A stretch of DNA of 62,919 bases, filler included, from Octopus bimaculoides (lineage: Eukaryota), in the NCBI RefSeq assembly GCF_001194135.2. It is 8 parts of 7 records of this genome, joined end to end, with 100 filler letters (N's around TTAATTAATTAA, not from the genome) between each part and the next. Parts side by side here need not be neighbours in the genome. Positions count along the whole stretch, not along the records: positions 13,105 to 24,219 come from NC_068989.1; positions 24,320 to 30,935 come from NC_068982.1; 6 more parts are not named here. One strand, written 5' to 3'. Both the position numbers and the translations under genes were made by a program. The notes below the pieces were generated by a model. The model was not told the DNA's origin, searched no databases, and worked only from the letters and a program-made list of their open reading frames with translations. Of the stretch, positions 13,465 to 26,442 are shown piece after piece (the stretch's first letter is position 1; every line of letters begins with the position of its first letter).

Positions 13465-14040
13465 CCAGTCCAACGTAACCATTGCCTGTGCACCATTGCC
13501 TCAATATTCGAGATATCAGCTGTCCTCAGGACCTGTGTGTCTGGAATTTTTGAGGTCCAGCCAACATTGAGAATGTGTCTGAGACATCTCTAATTAAAGC
13601 GTTCAAGCATAGCAGGATTCCTAAGCAGATGCTATATGGAGAACTTGTGAATGGATGGAGTCTCCGGCAGAAACCATGGCTGCGATTTAAGGACTGTGTC
13701 AAGTCTTCATTAAAGGCCTGTGATATGCAGGACACTGACTGGGAGAACAATGCCTGTCATCGCCACAGATGGAGGAAGCAGGTTAAGAAGGGGATCGACA
13801 TTTTTGAGAGAGCACATATCCAGCATGAAGAACTTAAGCGAGCTGCGCAAAAGCGCACGGCTCGTATAGTGAATGGGGAAAGCTTGGTCTGCAATGTTTG
13901 CAGTCGTGTATGCTTGTAAAGAGCAGGGCTCATTAGCCACCAACGGAGCCACAAATGCAAAATATAAGTTAGTCCTAGAGCGCACAATGTTCCTGAAGGT
14001 CGGCAATGGTCTTCCTCGGTCACGAGTGGACGGCCATCAT
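13465..14040 (+). mobile_element. 5'-truncated RTE-clade LINE (ORF C-terminus with C2H2 finger and 3'UTR), inserted in (TATG)n
   Basis: RIPKQMLYGEL...RFKDCVKSSLKAC...WENNACHRHRWR...CNVCSRVCL*RAGLISHQRSH is typical of the RTE C-terminus; in-frame stop; flanked on both sides by gtat repeats. Confidence 0.85.
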
Positions 14041-14493
14041 GTATGAATGTATGTATGTATGTATGTATATATGTATGTATGTATGTATGTATGCACATAT
14101 ACATATATACATAGATTCTTTAAAAGGCATGAAACAAGATGCGACACATCATTTACAGTTTTGGGCTACGTAGATAATTTTGTACTCTACTTCTATACAC
14201 GTCACAGTTTGACGATAACCAATATATCTAGAGATAGACTAGTGAATGGAATTCGAGCCACATTATAGTAATAATAAACACGAAAAACGTAATAGATATT
14301 TTAGGCTTTATATAGCGTGCATGTGTTTCCGGAAATGGCCGTAAAATTATTTCTATTTATTGGATTCATTTGAAGACTTCCCTTTTGGATTATTGTGAAC
14401 TGTTATCTCATCAGCTTGGACTTCTTAATTTATCTGTATGTATTTATGCAATTGCTTATCTGACTTTGATTTGGGCACGGAATTACACTATTC

Positions 14494-14542
<49 letters not shown>

Positions 14543-15182
14543 TTGTATGTTGTATGTCCGCATGGCTTATATATGCCCTCTGGTTTTGAGGAGTATTATT
14601 GACCTTGGGACTTGTCTCTTTCAAATTATTACTTTGATATATATATATATATATATATATACAAATCCAAAATTTGGGAATGGAGTAGATAACATCCAGG
14701 CTACATGGAGCTAGCAGAACCTCGGAAGTAGTAATTATCCAAGCGAGAGGTAATCCGCTGCCTACTCGTCGGGCTAAAGATACCTTAACCCAAAAGATTA
14801 ATTGGATTTCTATTTGCTTACACAGCTTCGGCTGCTTATCGAAAGCTATAAAACAGTTTTTTCAGCTTATCGAACTTCGATACAGGAAAAATTCACAACC
14901 TTCTACGTCAATAAACCACCATTGTTCCGGAGAGGTGTTTTTATACCTTCTACAGACTGCTCGATGCTTACTATCTTCCTACACCTTGATCCTTGGATCT
15001 TACCTTTATATATATTTAGAGGGGGGTGTATACATAATTGACACTAAATGTGACTAGGGTGTTAAAAACACCTACATTGCTAGAAATAAGAGCTAAAGTG
15101 CTCTAATGCAGTAATTAACGCACATGAAAACATATACACTAACAGGGGCCATAATTGTCCGAAAAATACCGACCGAGAATTT

Positions 15183-15233
15183 TTAAGACTGACTCGTCAG
15201 TTTCGGCCAATTTTCGTTGCCATCATCAGTTAA
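15183..15233 (-). ncRNA. Type I hammerhead ribozyme motif (minimal, PLE-type)
   Basis: Minus strand: UUAA CUGAUGA U GGCAA cgaaaa UUGGCC GAAACUGAC ga GUCAGU C UUAA; stem I 4 bp, stem II with one bulge, stem III 6 bp, GUC cleavage triplet (cut between 15187 and 15186). Confidence 0.7.
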
Positions 15234-15498
15234 GCCATCTCGGTGTTCGGTTATTCCCGAACTTGTTTCTCTATTAGCATAGATGTTTTCGTCATCCAAA
15301 TTAATTATCCGAAAAACACCTTAGTCACATTTAGTGACAATTATAATTCTCCTTTTTGGTGAAACATTGCAGCCTGTTGTTTACATTAATCTTGTGTATA
15401 CACATTAGCGAATCGCTATATCATCCATTAATTTGGGTGATGAAAACATATATACTAATAGAGAAACGGGTCCGGAATTAGCCGAACACCGAGCTGGT

Positions 15499-15548
15499 TT
15501 GACTGATGATGGCAACGGAAATTGCCGAAACTGATGCGTCAGTGTTAA
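15499..15548 (+). ncRNA. Hammerhead ribozyme motif, probably inactive (G at position 17)
   Basis: UUGA CUGAUGA U GGCAA cggaaa UUGCC GAAACUGAU gc GUCAGU G UUAA; perfect 5-bp stem II, but triplet GUG at 15542-15544. Confidence 0.65.
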
Positions 15549-15748
15549 TAATTCTCGAGCAGTATTTTTCGGACAATTATGGTCTCTGTAATTGTATATG
15601 CTTTTATTCATGTGTGTTAACTACGGCATTGGAGCACTTTAGCTTTTATTCCTAGCAATGTAGGTGTTTAACACCCTAGTAACATTTAGTGACAATTAAA
15701 ATTATCCTTTTTGGTGAAACATTTCAACCTGCTGTTTATATTAATTTC

Positions 15749-15825
<77 letters not shown>

Positions 15826-16184
15826 CAGTTTTGTGTCGGTTCAAGGTTTTCCATAAAGAACAGAAAGTTTACAAAACTCAGTGAAAAAGAATTTAGTGAA
15901 GAAGCCAAATATAGAACAAATAGGTGCTTAACTTCTTGTTGGAAATGTGTTGCTACTAGAGATAATATTTATATATCTTGAAGCAGATAATATTTATATA
16001 CCTTTCAGAAAATAGTTCTAGTGAAAGAAAATACCATACACGCAGCAACATTGGGATAGGTTTATCCGAGGAAAATATTCTGTTCAGTAGATAGATGATT
16101 GGACAGGCAGACAGACAGACAGGCAGACAGACAGGCAGACAGGCAGATAGGCAGGCAGACAGACAGTCAGATAGACAGACAGAC

Positions 16185-16258
<74 letters not shown>

Positions 16259-16769
16259 CATGAGTGAAAATGTTGAACGAAATGTTGAAAAGTTGAAAAA
16301 TATCGAAACAAATCAGAAGAGATGACGACGTATCTGTCTGATCTCTATGGCATTTACCTGGCTGCATGATGCACGAACATTTTCATGTCGTATGCACTCT
16401 TCCTATAAACGTACCTCAGACAAACTTGTGTATTTTTCAATATAAATTGCTAAATAGATATTTGAAAGGATTCAAGCAAAGATCGCACATCTAACAATGA
16501 AGCTGCCAACTTTCACCAGTATCTGTACCTTGCCATTTCTATTTGTTATATTTTGATTTTGGAATGTTTTGGTAAAGGTGATGTCATAAAGCATCAATAG
16601 AATACATACAGTTTGTGTTAATGACTAAAGAAATGTTATTCAATGTTTTTTATCCATTACATTGTAGTTGCTATACATTTTTAATAGAAGATCTCTCCGT
16701 CGCTACACTGCAGATACAAATATTTAGTAATTATGCACGAGTCCTTCTTTTAATAGTAGACTGTTATAT

Positions 16770-17180
16770 AGTGAGACTCATTTGTTACTATGGTGACAAC
16801 ACTTCACTTATCTCTCTCTCTCCCTCTCACTGAATTTCTTTCTCAACAACAGCAACCTGTCATTATAGTGAAAGTACTTTAAGGTTTGTGCTGCGTTGTC
16901 TCTATGTTGAAAGACATGCAGAAATACACGGACACACACATACACAGAATTGAACACATACAAAAACAAACAAAAAGATGACTAATGATATTTTTATATA
17001 GTGAAAGTCTTGTTTTTTTTAATTTGTGTTGCGTCTTTTTTAAATCAGTGTTGCACTTAAAATTCCGGTCTTTTTAATCAAAACTTGTTAGTTACTATGG
17101 TGACAATATTACCTGTCTATCTACCTTTCACACATACTCTCTGTCTCTCTCACTGAATTTCTCTCTCAACAACAACTTAT
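16770..17180 (+). repeat. Diverged tandem duplication (~300-bp period)
   Basis: gttactatggtgacaa...ctctcactgaatttct(t/c)tctcaacaac occurs at ~16784-16850 and ~17091-17175. Confidence 0.7.
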
Positions 17181-17199
17181 TTTCCTCCTCTTCTTCCCT

Positions 17200-17600
17200 C
17201 CTTCACATATATATTGTGACTGACAAACAGAGATCAGCTTCTAATATAAGATTCATTAACAGTTGATGGAATTCTTGCAAAAATTTTGCACGATGTGTGC
17301 TTAAAGAGACAATAATGTTTAATACGACATTAAACTAAGTGCGTTGTTGGTGTTTCACTTACCCAGAATTTCTGAATATATTTATAACTGTATGTGCGTC
17401 TTGTTAACCAGGCAATGCACTTTAACCTTGGGAAACGAAAATTACCAAGAAGATAATTACGAAACATTGGGATAAGGGACTTTGCATGTGATTAATAATA
17501 TTTTCGGTGAGATTTGAAACAGTTTATATAGAATTGTTCTTGTCAATCATTCATAAATATAATACAAACAAAACTAAAGCGCGAATAACAGTAATTATCC
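17200..17600 (-). mobile_element. Highly decayed Penelope-like endonuclease C-terminal fragment
   Basis: Minus translation ...TLLSL*AHIV...KLISVCQSQ resembles the C-x-LC...EK...ELIS-x-C tail of PLE GIY-YIG proteins; many stops. Confidence 0.4.
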
Positions 17601-18426
17601 GATATTAATTATCAGAGAGAAATCGTGACTGTACTTATAAATGTTGTCATGCGAGTTAGTACCAAAAATATCTTACATTAGAGGAAAGAGGAAGGTAAGA
17701 TTGTAGAAAGAGTATGTAAATGGGAAAGAAGTGTGAATGCGTAGAAAGAGTGACAAAGTGGTAGGATGAGGATTAGTGAATTTAATTTTGTAGATAATAG
17801 GAATTATCAGTTAAAACCTATGATGCGGTAGTCAGTTTAAATTTTTAAAGCTAACAAATAAGTAGAACACTAATAAGAGGTGCGACGTAGTAATTTCATT
17901 TAACTATTATTAAAATTACTTCAGAAAAATCAATATACATGTAAGTAATTATATTCTTTAATATGTTCATTTACTTCGTAGTCACTTCAGAGGTTTAAGG
18001 CTTGTGAAATTCATCGTAATTTTTAAGATGTTCTCTAAAATACTTAGTTTTGTCTCGTTGTTATTTTAGTTTTTTTTTTATTCTTCAAATTATTTATTTA
18101 AAATACTTCAGAAAATTTAGAACGATGGAGAAAAACGCAGATCAAACGGCAAAATTATTAATTTTAGTTATATTTTTAAAGACTTTTTAAACTAACGAAT
18201 ACTCAGGGTCTGGAATTTATAACTTCACTTTGCTATTGTCAGCCTAAAGGAGTTACTCCATGGCACTGTTCGCTTAATGAATCATATTCTCTAAAATGTT
18301 CTTTAAAATATTATTCATTATAAAATTTTATTTAATTTTTTATTCAGTATTTCCTTAGCTTCCATTTCAGATATTCGGAGAACGGTGGGAAAAATACAGA
18401 TCAAAGAGCAAAATTATTATCATCAA

Positions 18427-18469
<43 letters not shown>

Positions 18470-18545
18470 GACATTATGTTGTCTGACGAACGTAGTCTTT
18501 CGAAATATTTGCCTTTTCAACTTTTTTGAAGTAGCNNNNNNNNNN

Positions 18546-18584
<39 letters not shown>

Positions 18585-18974
18585 AATACATACACACACT
18601 CTAATATTGAACAGTGTGCTCGGCACTGCATTGATGGATAAATAAGTTTTATTTAGGGGTATTTGGGTGTTAACAAGGCTACCAACGGTTTCATGCGAGG
18701 AGTAATCTCAATATATGTCAACCTTACTAAATGGGAACGCTGGTACTCGTCTCCAATTTGGATGGGAACACACGAAGTTATATGAGTCTATACAGATCAT
18801 GGAAGGTACCTAATAATAAATCTTAATTGTTCCTTTGCAGTATCCTGGAATATTTGCAAGGAACTGCGTTCACCATTGATTGACATGTTCTTTTACAATC
18901 TGAGAACGCACTGCACGTGCAAATTTATAAATATAGATACACAAATATGTACACATGCACATCCATACAAAATG

Positions 18975-19058
<84 letters not shown>

Positions 19059-19710
19059 NNNNNNNNNNNNNNNNNNNNNNNNNNNNNNNNNNNNNNNNNN
19101 NNNNNNNNNNNNNNNNNNNNNNNNNNNNNNNNNNNNNNNNNNNNNNNNNNNNNNNNNNNNNNNNNNNNNNNNNNNNNNNNNNNNNNNNNNNNNNNNNNNN
19201 NNNNNNNNNNNNNNNNNNNNNNNNNNNNNNNNNNNNNNNNNNNNNNNNNNNNNNNNNNNNNNNNNNNNNNNNNNNNNNNNNNNNNNNNNNNNNNNNNNNN
19301 NNNNNNNNNNNNNNNNNNNNNNNNNNNNNNNNNNNNNNNNNNNNNNNNNNNNNNNNNNNNNNNNNNNNNNNNNNNNNNNNNNNNNNNNNNNNNNNNNNNN
19401 NNNNNNNNNNNNNNNNNNNNNNNNNNNNNNNNNNNNNNNNNNNNNNNNNNNNNNNNNNNNNNNNNNNNNNNNNNNNNNNNNNNNNNNNNNNNNNNNNNNN
19501 NNNNNNNNNNNNNNNNNNNNNNNNNNNNNNNNNNNNNNNNNNNNNNNNNNNNNNNNNNNNNNNNNNNNNNNNNNNNNNNNNNNNNNNNNNNNNNNNNNNN
19601 NNNNNNNNNNNNNNNNNNNNNNNNNNNNNNNNNNNNNNNNNNNNNNNNNNNNNNNNNNNNNNNNNNNNNNNNNNNNNNNNNNNNNNNNNNNNNNNNNNNN
19701 NNNNNNNNNT

Positions 19711-20085
19711 TATTATTATTATTATTATTGTTCAGTAGTTTTATTTTTATAACGTGCTTTCACTTCACTACCGAGCGCAGCTCTGTGCGCCTTGGGTATG
19801 TGCTGTGGTTTGCTGTGATGCTCTTAGGGTTACTGTATTGAAAGTGTTTTGCGTAGGATGTGTGCAGTGCCCAGTAATGCAATTTTCTGTATGTTATATA
19901 TATTTGTAAGTCCTGGTGTTTTTGTTATGTATTTGTCTGAATATTTTTCTATTATACCTAAGGCACCTACTATGATAGGAATTGTTTCTGTTTTTAGATT
20001 CCACATTCGAGTTATTTTTATTTCCAGGTCTTTGTATTTTGAAAGTTTTTCCATTTCTTTTAGGGAAACGTTGTCTATTATTATT
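19711..20085 (-). mobile_element. 5'-truncated R4/Dong-type (RLE) non-LTR retrotransposon 3' end
   Basis: EKLSKYKDLEIKITRMWNLKTETIPIIVGALG...IQKIALLGTAHILRKTL* matches the restriction-like endonuclease C-terminus; (TAA)n at both ends. Confidence 0.85.
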
Positions 20086-20324
20086 TACATAGATATAGAG
20101 GTACGTGCATTCATGCATCTAAGTATGCGTGTATATGTATATAAGTTCTTGTGTAAGTGCGTACGTATTTGTAAGTGTGTATGTATGTATGTATGCATGT
20201 ATGCATGTATGTATGGATGGATGCATGCATGTATGCATATATACACATACACACACACAAACACATACATATATATAAATGTATATCTTTATATATATAT
20301 TATCTTTTTCATAATTCACTTATT

Positions 20325-20500
20325 TCCAACATTAGACTGTGGCCATACTAGGGCACTGCCTTGAAGAATTTTAGTCGAACGAATCGACATGACATTTTCA
20401 TAAGCCTGGTACTAATTCTATCTTTCCCTTTTTGCCGAAAGCTAGATTACAGGGGTGGAAACACACCAACACCGGTTGTCAAGTGATGGAGAGTATATAC
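20325..20500 (-). mobile_element. SINE family A, 3' part
   Basis: Reverse complement of the tail of the 24996-25400 copy. Confidence 0.75.
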
Positions 20501-21413
20501 ACGGTTATAAAGACATGTACACAGACACACACAGATATGTATATATATATNNNNNNNNNNNNNNNNNNNNNNNNNNNNNNNNNNNNNNNNNNNNNNNNNN
20601 NNNNNNNNNNNNNNNNNNNNNNNNNNNNNNNNNNNNNNNNNNNNNNNNNNNNNNNNNNNNNNNNNNNNNNNNNNNNNNNNNNNNNNNNNNNNNNNNNNNN
20701 NNNNNNNNNNNNNNNNNNNNNNNNNNNNNNNNNNNNNNNNNNNNNNNNNNNNNNNNNNNNNNNNNNNNNNNNNNNNNNNNNNNNNNNNNNNNNNNNNNNN
20801 NNNNNNNNNNNNNNNNNNNNNNNNNNNNNNNNNNNNNNNNNNNNNNNNNNNNNNNNNNNNNNNNNNNNNNNNNNNNNNNNNNNNNNNNNNNNNNNNNNNN
20901 NNNNNNNNNNNNNNNNNNNNNNNNNNNNNNNNNNNNNNNNNNNNNNNNNNNNNNNNNNNNNNNNNNNNNNNNNNNNNNNNNNNNNNNNNNNNNNNNNNNN
21001 NNNNNNNNNNNNNNNNNNNNNNNNNNNNNNNNNNNNNNNNNNNNNNNNNNNNNNNNNNNNNNNNNNNNNNNNNNNNNNNNNNNNNNNNNNNNNNNNNNNN
21101 NNNNNNNNNNNNNNNNNNNNNNNNNNNNNNNNNNNNNNNNNNNNNNNNNNNNNNNNNTATATATATATATATTATGAAAAAGGGTTGAATGAGGATTCAT
21201 CCTTTAACTGAAGTAGCTTCTAAAAGATTTCTAACGTTGATTCTTCATACTTTACTTTGGATTTACTCCTGTAAAATGGTGTAGATATGAAAACTTATAT
21301 AAATACATTAAGTATATGATTTAAGTTATAGAACGAAGTTCCACAAATTCAATCATATTTTCCAGAAATGGAGGAGATTAGATGTTAATATGGGATAAAA
21401 TATTTATTCAGTT

Positions 21414-21490
21414 CGCTAGACGATCGTTTCGTACAGAAAGACAAATTCATTCTAAGAATCTGGGTTGTCAAAAAGTACTCATCAGTAGCA
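21414..21490 (-). ncRNA. Type I hammerhead ribozyme motif with palindromic stem III (PLE-type)
   Basis: Minus strand: UGCUA CUGAUGA GUAC (40-nt loop) GUAC GAAACGAUCGU C UAGCG; stem I 5 bp, stem II 4 bp, palindrome ACGAUCGU in stem III, GUC triplet (cut between 21419 and 21418). Confidence 0.75.
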
Positions 21491-23511
21491 CAATAAGAAA
21501 AAGTAAGAGCTTAATAAAGAAAAAGTGGACTTTAGAATTACATAGGTATTGTGTTCTTACTAATTTCTAATGTGAAATTTTTCTAGAAGTCATGTCCATT
21601 TCAAACGCGACTAACGGGTAACGGTTAGGTGATGATATATATAACATAAAGATATAGGTAACTTTCTCTCTATAGATTAGTGCAAATGAGCTAGTTTTAA
21701 ACTCCATATAAGAAGTAAGAACCAAGTGGGGTTGAAAATCCAAATAAGGGAATACGGAATTTTAAATACAGGAGACTGAAATTTATATTTGATCGTAAAT
21801 AAACATGTCGGCTTGTTTATAAATTAGAAAAAAATGTTTAAGATCCCTCATAAATGGTTAGCGGTATATAAAATTTATAATAGAATGTTTATGTAATTAA
21901 TACGTCAGAAATATAGGAGATAATTTACAGAAAATAGTTAAAGCAGTAAAAATTAGATACTAATAGACGGTTAATACGACAATATAAGAGAAGTACAAAA
22001 ACTATAAGGATAATAAGTAAATATGTGAGGATTAGGGGGTATTTTACTTACAATGTTCGCTGCTAAAAGTATAAAACATCTATGGAATGGTATATAGAAA
22101 AAATTTATCAAAAAGATTTGAGAATAATTTTAGAGAAACTAAACATTATAGAAAGTTGAGTAGTGTAGAGGAGATAATAAATAAGGGGGGAAACGGTCTA
22201 GTTTATATCTGCTTGGAGATTGGAAAAATTACAAATAATGCCATTATATGTATATGGATATGGTTACTATGGTTACTCAAAAAAAGTTTTTGTTGTGTCA
22301 TATATAGTTATACATATAAAGGTTTGTGCATGTAGATACCGGTACAACTAAATGTGCATGTATAAAAAACCACGATTTTTGCACAAGTAAAACAACAATG
22401 ATGTGAATATACTTGCGTATATACATATGTACAATGTATACACTGACAATTATGGACAAAAAGGTAATCAGATACCAAAGCATTAGATAATGCACATATG
22501 CACCCTATAGACGACAGTAACAAGGAGACACTCTTATACACTGAAAACCTGTACCCGTGTACACATATATACTTAAATAATTTTTATACACATGCATGAA
22601 TTTATAATGGCGATGTAGGTATAAACATACATTATTATATTATAAAAAACAAATATGCCTTATAGAAAAATATATATAGAAATTATAATATTTGAAAATT
22701 ATTTAAATATATTATAAACATTTGAATAAAAAATAAAATAAATTTTTTAAAAATTAGTTGTAAAAATAGCTATAAATCTAGGTTGCTAAGAATATCTATA
22801 CATAAAATATTAAATTTTAAATTTCTGTAAAAAGGATTATATGTATATATAGAGGAGACCATAATCAAATACTTATGTAAGATTTATTATGTATATTTAT
22901 ATACTGGAATACTTCTGTATGTATGTGTAAAAGATGTATTTTTTAGATCTGAGCATATATAAATAAATATGCACATTTAACAAGCGGAAGTACAGTACAT
23001 TACTTATAGGCAAAGAATGCATGGATGGGTACATTTACAAGTTTTAATTACAAAATGAATTACTAGTACAAAAAACTCATACACACGCGTAAGATTAAAA
23101 TAACTTAATACATATACAGGTATGTAGGAATATATAAAGATACGCTTGCAAACAGATGATACAGAGAGCATATAGACATAGGTCTACAAGGATATATATA
23201 TAAACAGAAAGATATATATACACCCACACATATAGATACACACGGATACAAATAGATACTTACAGATAATGGCATATTATGTATATATACATATTTATAT
23301 ATATATATATATATATATTAAATATATACTTTTATAAAACAAATTTTACAAAATATATAGTATCTGTTAACAGTCTTAGCCAAAAACTCACAGTTGAGTT
23401 TTTGTATATATATATGTATATTGTGGTTGTTTCTGTTATTATAATTGTTGCTGCAATAAAGTATCTTCAATGCATTGATTTTGAGCTCTATCCTTTAAGA
23501 GACATGTATAC

Positions 23512-23596
<85 letters not shown>

Positions 23597-24147
23597 AAGA
23601 ACGCATACACATACCCACATGCATGCAAATACATATACATGTATATATACATATATATATACACACATAGCTCTATATATAATAAAAAATATAAATATAT
23701 TCCCACATATACTCCCATATACGCTCATCCGTGAACCAGTAACAGGTTTTACTAGTACACACGCGCAAGTATATGGGTGATTGAATTCGAATATAGGCAA
23801 ATCAAGATATATACATATACACTTACAAACAGATGTTTAAAAAACATATAGACAAGCAAAATTTCATATATACATACATAACAATATATAGCGAGACACA
23901 AGTTATATATTGGCCTTATACATAAAATGTTTCTCAGCTATCATAATTAAATAGTATAAATAACAAAATCAGGAAATACTATTAAATCAAAGAAGTTACT
24001 ACGCTATTTAGTCTGATAAGCAAGTATATAGTGTAATGTTAAAAATATAAAACAACATTATTAAGGATAATAATTAGCTGTTTTAGCGACGGGTGCACAA
24101 GACGTGTATGCATGTAAATACCTATAAGTATATGAGGATGAGATTGT

Positions 24148-24219
<72 letters not shown>

Positions 24220-24319
24220 NNNNNNNNNNNNNNNNNNNNNNNNNNNNNNNNNNNNNNNNNNNNTTAATTAATTAANNNNNNNNNNNNNNNNNNNNNNNNN
24301 NNNNNNNNNNNNNNNNNNN

Positions 24320-24354
<35 letters not shown>

Positions 24355-24389
<35 letters not shown>

Positions 24390-24600
24390 TGTTTATCCCC
24401 ACACCATCGCTTGATAATCAAGGTTGGTGTGTTTACGTCCCCGTAACATAGCGGTTTGACAAAAACAAAAAAAATCCCCGAAAGAATAAGTACTAGACTT
24501 ACAAAGATTAAGTCCTGGGGTCGACTTCTTCGGCTAATACTCTTAAAGGCGGGTCTCCGGTAAAAGAATAAAAGCAACAAGTAAAAGAATAAAAGAGAAA
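24355..24600 (+). mobile_element. SINE family A, 3' part
   Basis: ccccacaccatcgcttg...gtttacgtccccgtaac...aacaagtaaaagaataaaag. Confidence 0.85.
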
Positions 24601-24995
24601 AAAGGTATTGCTTGGTGGGTCAGTAAGATCATTTGCATAGCATCTCCTTTCAGACATAACGTAAGTAAATCTCTGATTTTCGAAATACATCTATGGCTTT
24701 TATACCTGACCAGGAAAATAAAAGAAAATAAACTATATTTTAAAGAATTTTAATTATTCACCTCCCCAAATTCTTTATTCACATGTGAAAAATTTCCTCA
24801 TAATGTGTTTCCGTGAATAAAGGGATATTTTCTTATATATACTGGTTAGTAAATCACATAGCAGCAATAATTCTATATTGGAGTGTGTTGTCGGTTACTG
24901 AAGATCGAATATATTATTTTCAAAACCTCATGAATTTCCTTATTCCAATAGTCGGTACATGTTTTATTTTTACGATGTTTTGTAAAGAAAAATTC

Positions 24996-25400
24996 AGGCT
25001 GTGTGGTAAGTAGTTTCCTTACCAACCACATGGTTCCGGGTCCAGTCCCACTGCGTGGCACCTTGGGCAAGTGTCTTCTTCTATAGCTTCGGGCCGACCA
25101 AAGCTTTGTGAGTGGATTTGGCAGAGGGAAATTGAAAGAAGCCCGTCGTATATATGTATATATATGTATGTCTTCGTATGTGTGTGTATACGTTTGTGTG
25201 TCTGTGTTTGTCCCCCCAACATCGCTTGACAACTGATGCTGGTGTGTTTACGTCCCCGTAACTTAGCGGTTCGGCGAAAGAGTTCGATAGAATAAGTACT
25301 AGGCTTACAAAGAATAAGTCCTGGGTCGATTTGCTCGACTGAAGGCGGTGCTCCAGCATGGCCGCAGTCAAATGACTGAAACAAGTAAAAGAATAAAAGA
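24996..25400 (+). mobile_element. Full-length tRNA-derived SINE family A
   Basis: Head ggctgtgtggtaag, B-box-like gggtccagtccc, internal (TA)/(TG) tract, tail gactgaaacaagtaaaagaataaaaga; many partial copies in the window. Confidence 0.9.
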
Positions 25401-26015
25401 AAGCTGGATCTTTGGAATAGCTGTCTCTCGAAACCTCATACAGATGGGTAACGAAAAGTGTATGGAAATAGAAATAGTGGTGGTACTGGTGAGAACAAGT
25501 ATATTAAAAAATTTGAGATTTTAGGTGAAAAAAATTCCAGCGTCGTAATTTCTGTTGTGTGAAACCACAAGAATACTGAAGGGAGTAAAAACTATTCTTT
25601 TCGTTTCCTGCGAGTTGTGGGAGGACTCCGAGCAACAGCTATTACAAAATTTCGTTCAATAAAAATGACAAAAACCGATAAATTTACTTTGTATCAATCA
25701 TGGATTTTATTTCGTCGTTTGTTGTACAAAACAGATTTAACCAAGACATTATTTTAAGACATTAAGCACAGCCTCATTGTAAAAATTGTTATTAAGTGTA
25801 AAACTTCCTGATGATGAGGTGGTGGTGGTGAGTGGGGTACATGACAGTTTTCTTTTAAGAAATATATATTATTATCATCATGGTATAGGATTTCAGTGTG
25901 TGTGATAGTATCACAGTCCTAGATATGGCACCAGTACACTTTGTGGGTCTAATTTGAGCTTTGTAGAGAGTAAAGCCCAAAATACAAACAGTACATACAT
26001 ATATACATATACATA

Positions 26016-26076
<61 letters not shown>

Positions 26077-26399
26077 GCTAATACAGATGATACATGAAAC
26101 TACACAGTTAAAAATGGGAGTTTGTGTTATGAAAAAAATATAAGTGAACCAAAAATATAAATAAGTTTTAATGAAATGTTTCTAAACTATTTGTTGCACA
26201 CGAAAGCGCGCGCACACACAAATATGGAAATAGCGATTCCCTCTGTTGCTGTTTAGTAGTTCACTCGCTTGATACGAATGATCAAATAACATCGGGCGAA
26301 TCACTGAGTGACCCACGGAGTCAGTAACCAGCTTCATAAAAATGAATATGTCATANNNNNNNNNNNNNNNNNNNNNNNNNNNNNNNNNNNNNNNNNNNN

Positions 26400-26442
<43 letters not shown>

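Larger units (their letters stand above)
15036..15750. repeat. Inverted repeat of ~270-bp arms plus a ~75-bp direct repeat; probable Penelope pseudo-LTR arrangement
   Basis: 15036-15305 is the reverse complement of ~15427-15697; ~15320-15395 repeats ~15676-15750 directly; each arm holds a hammerhead motif. Confidence 0.85.

Noticed and set aside
18657-18900. Unique-looking sequence with splice-like signals
   Set aside because: Stops in the candidate frames and the implied intron is only ~35 nt
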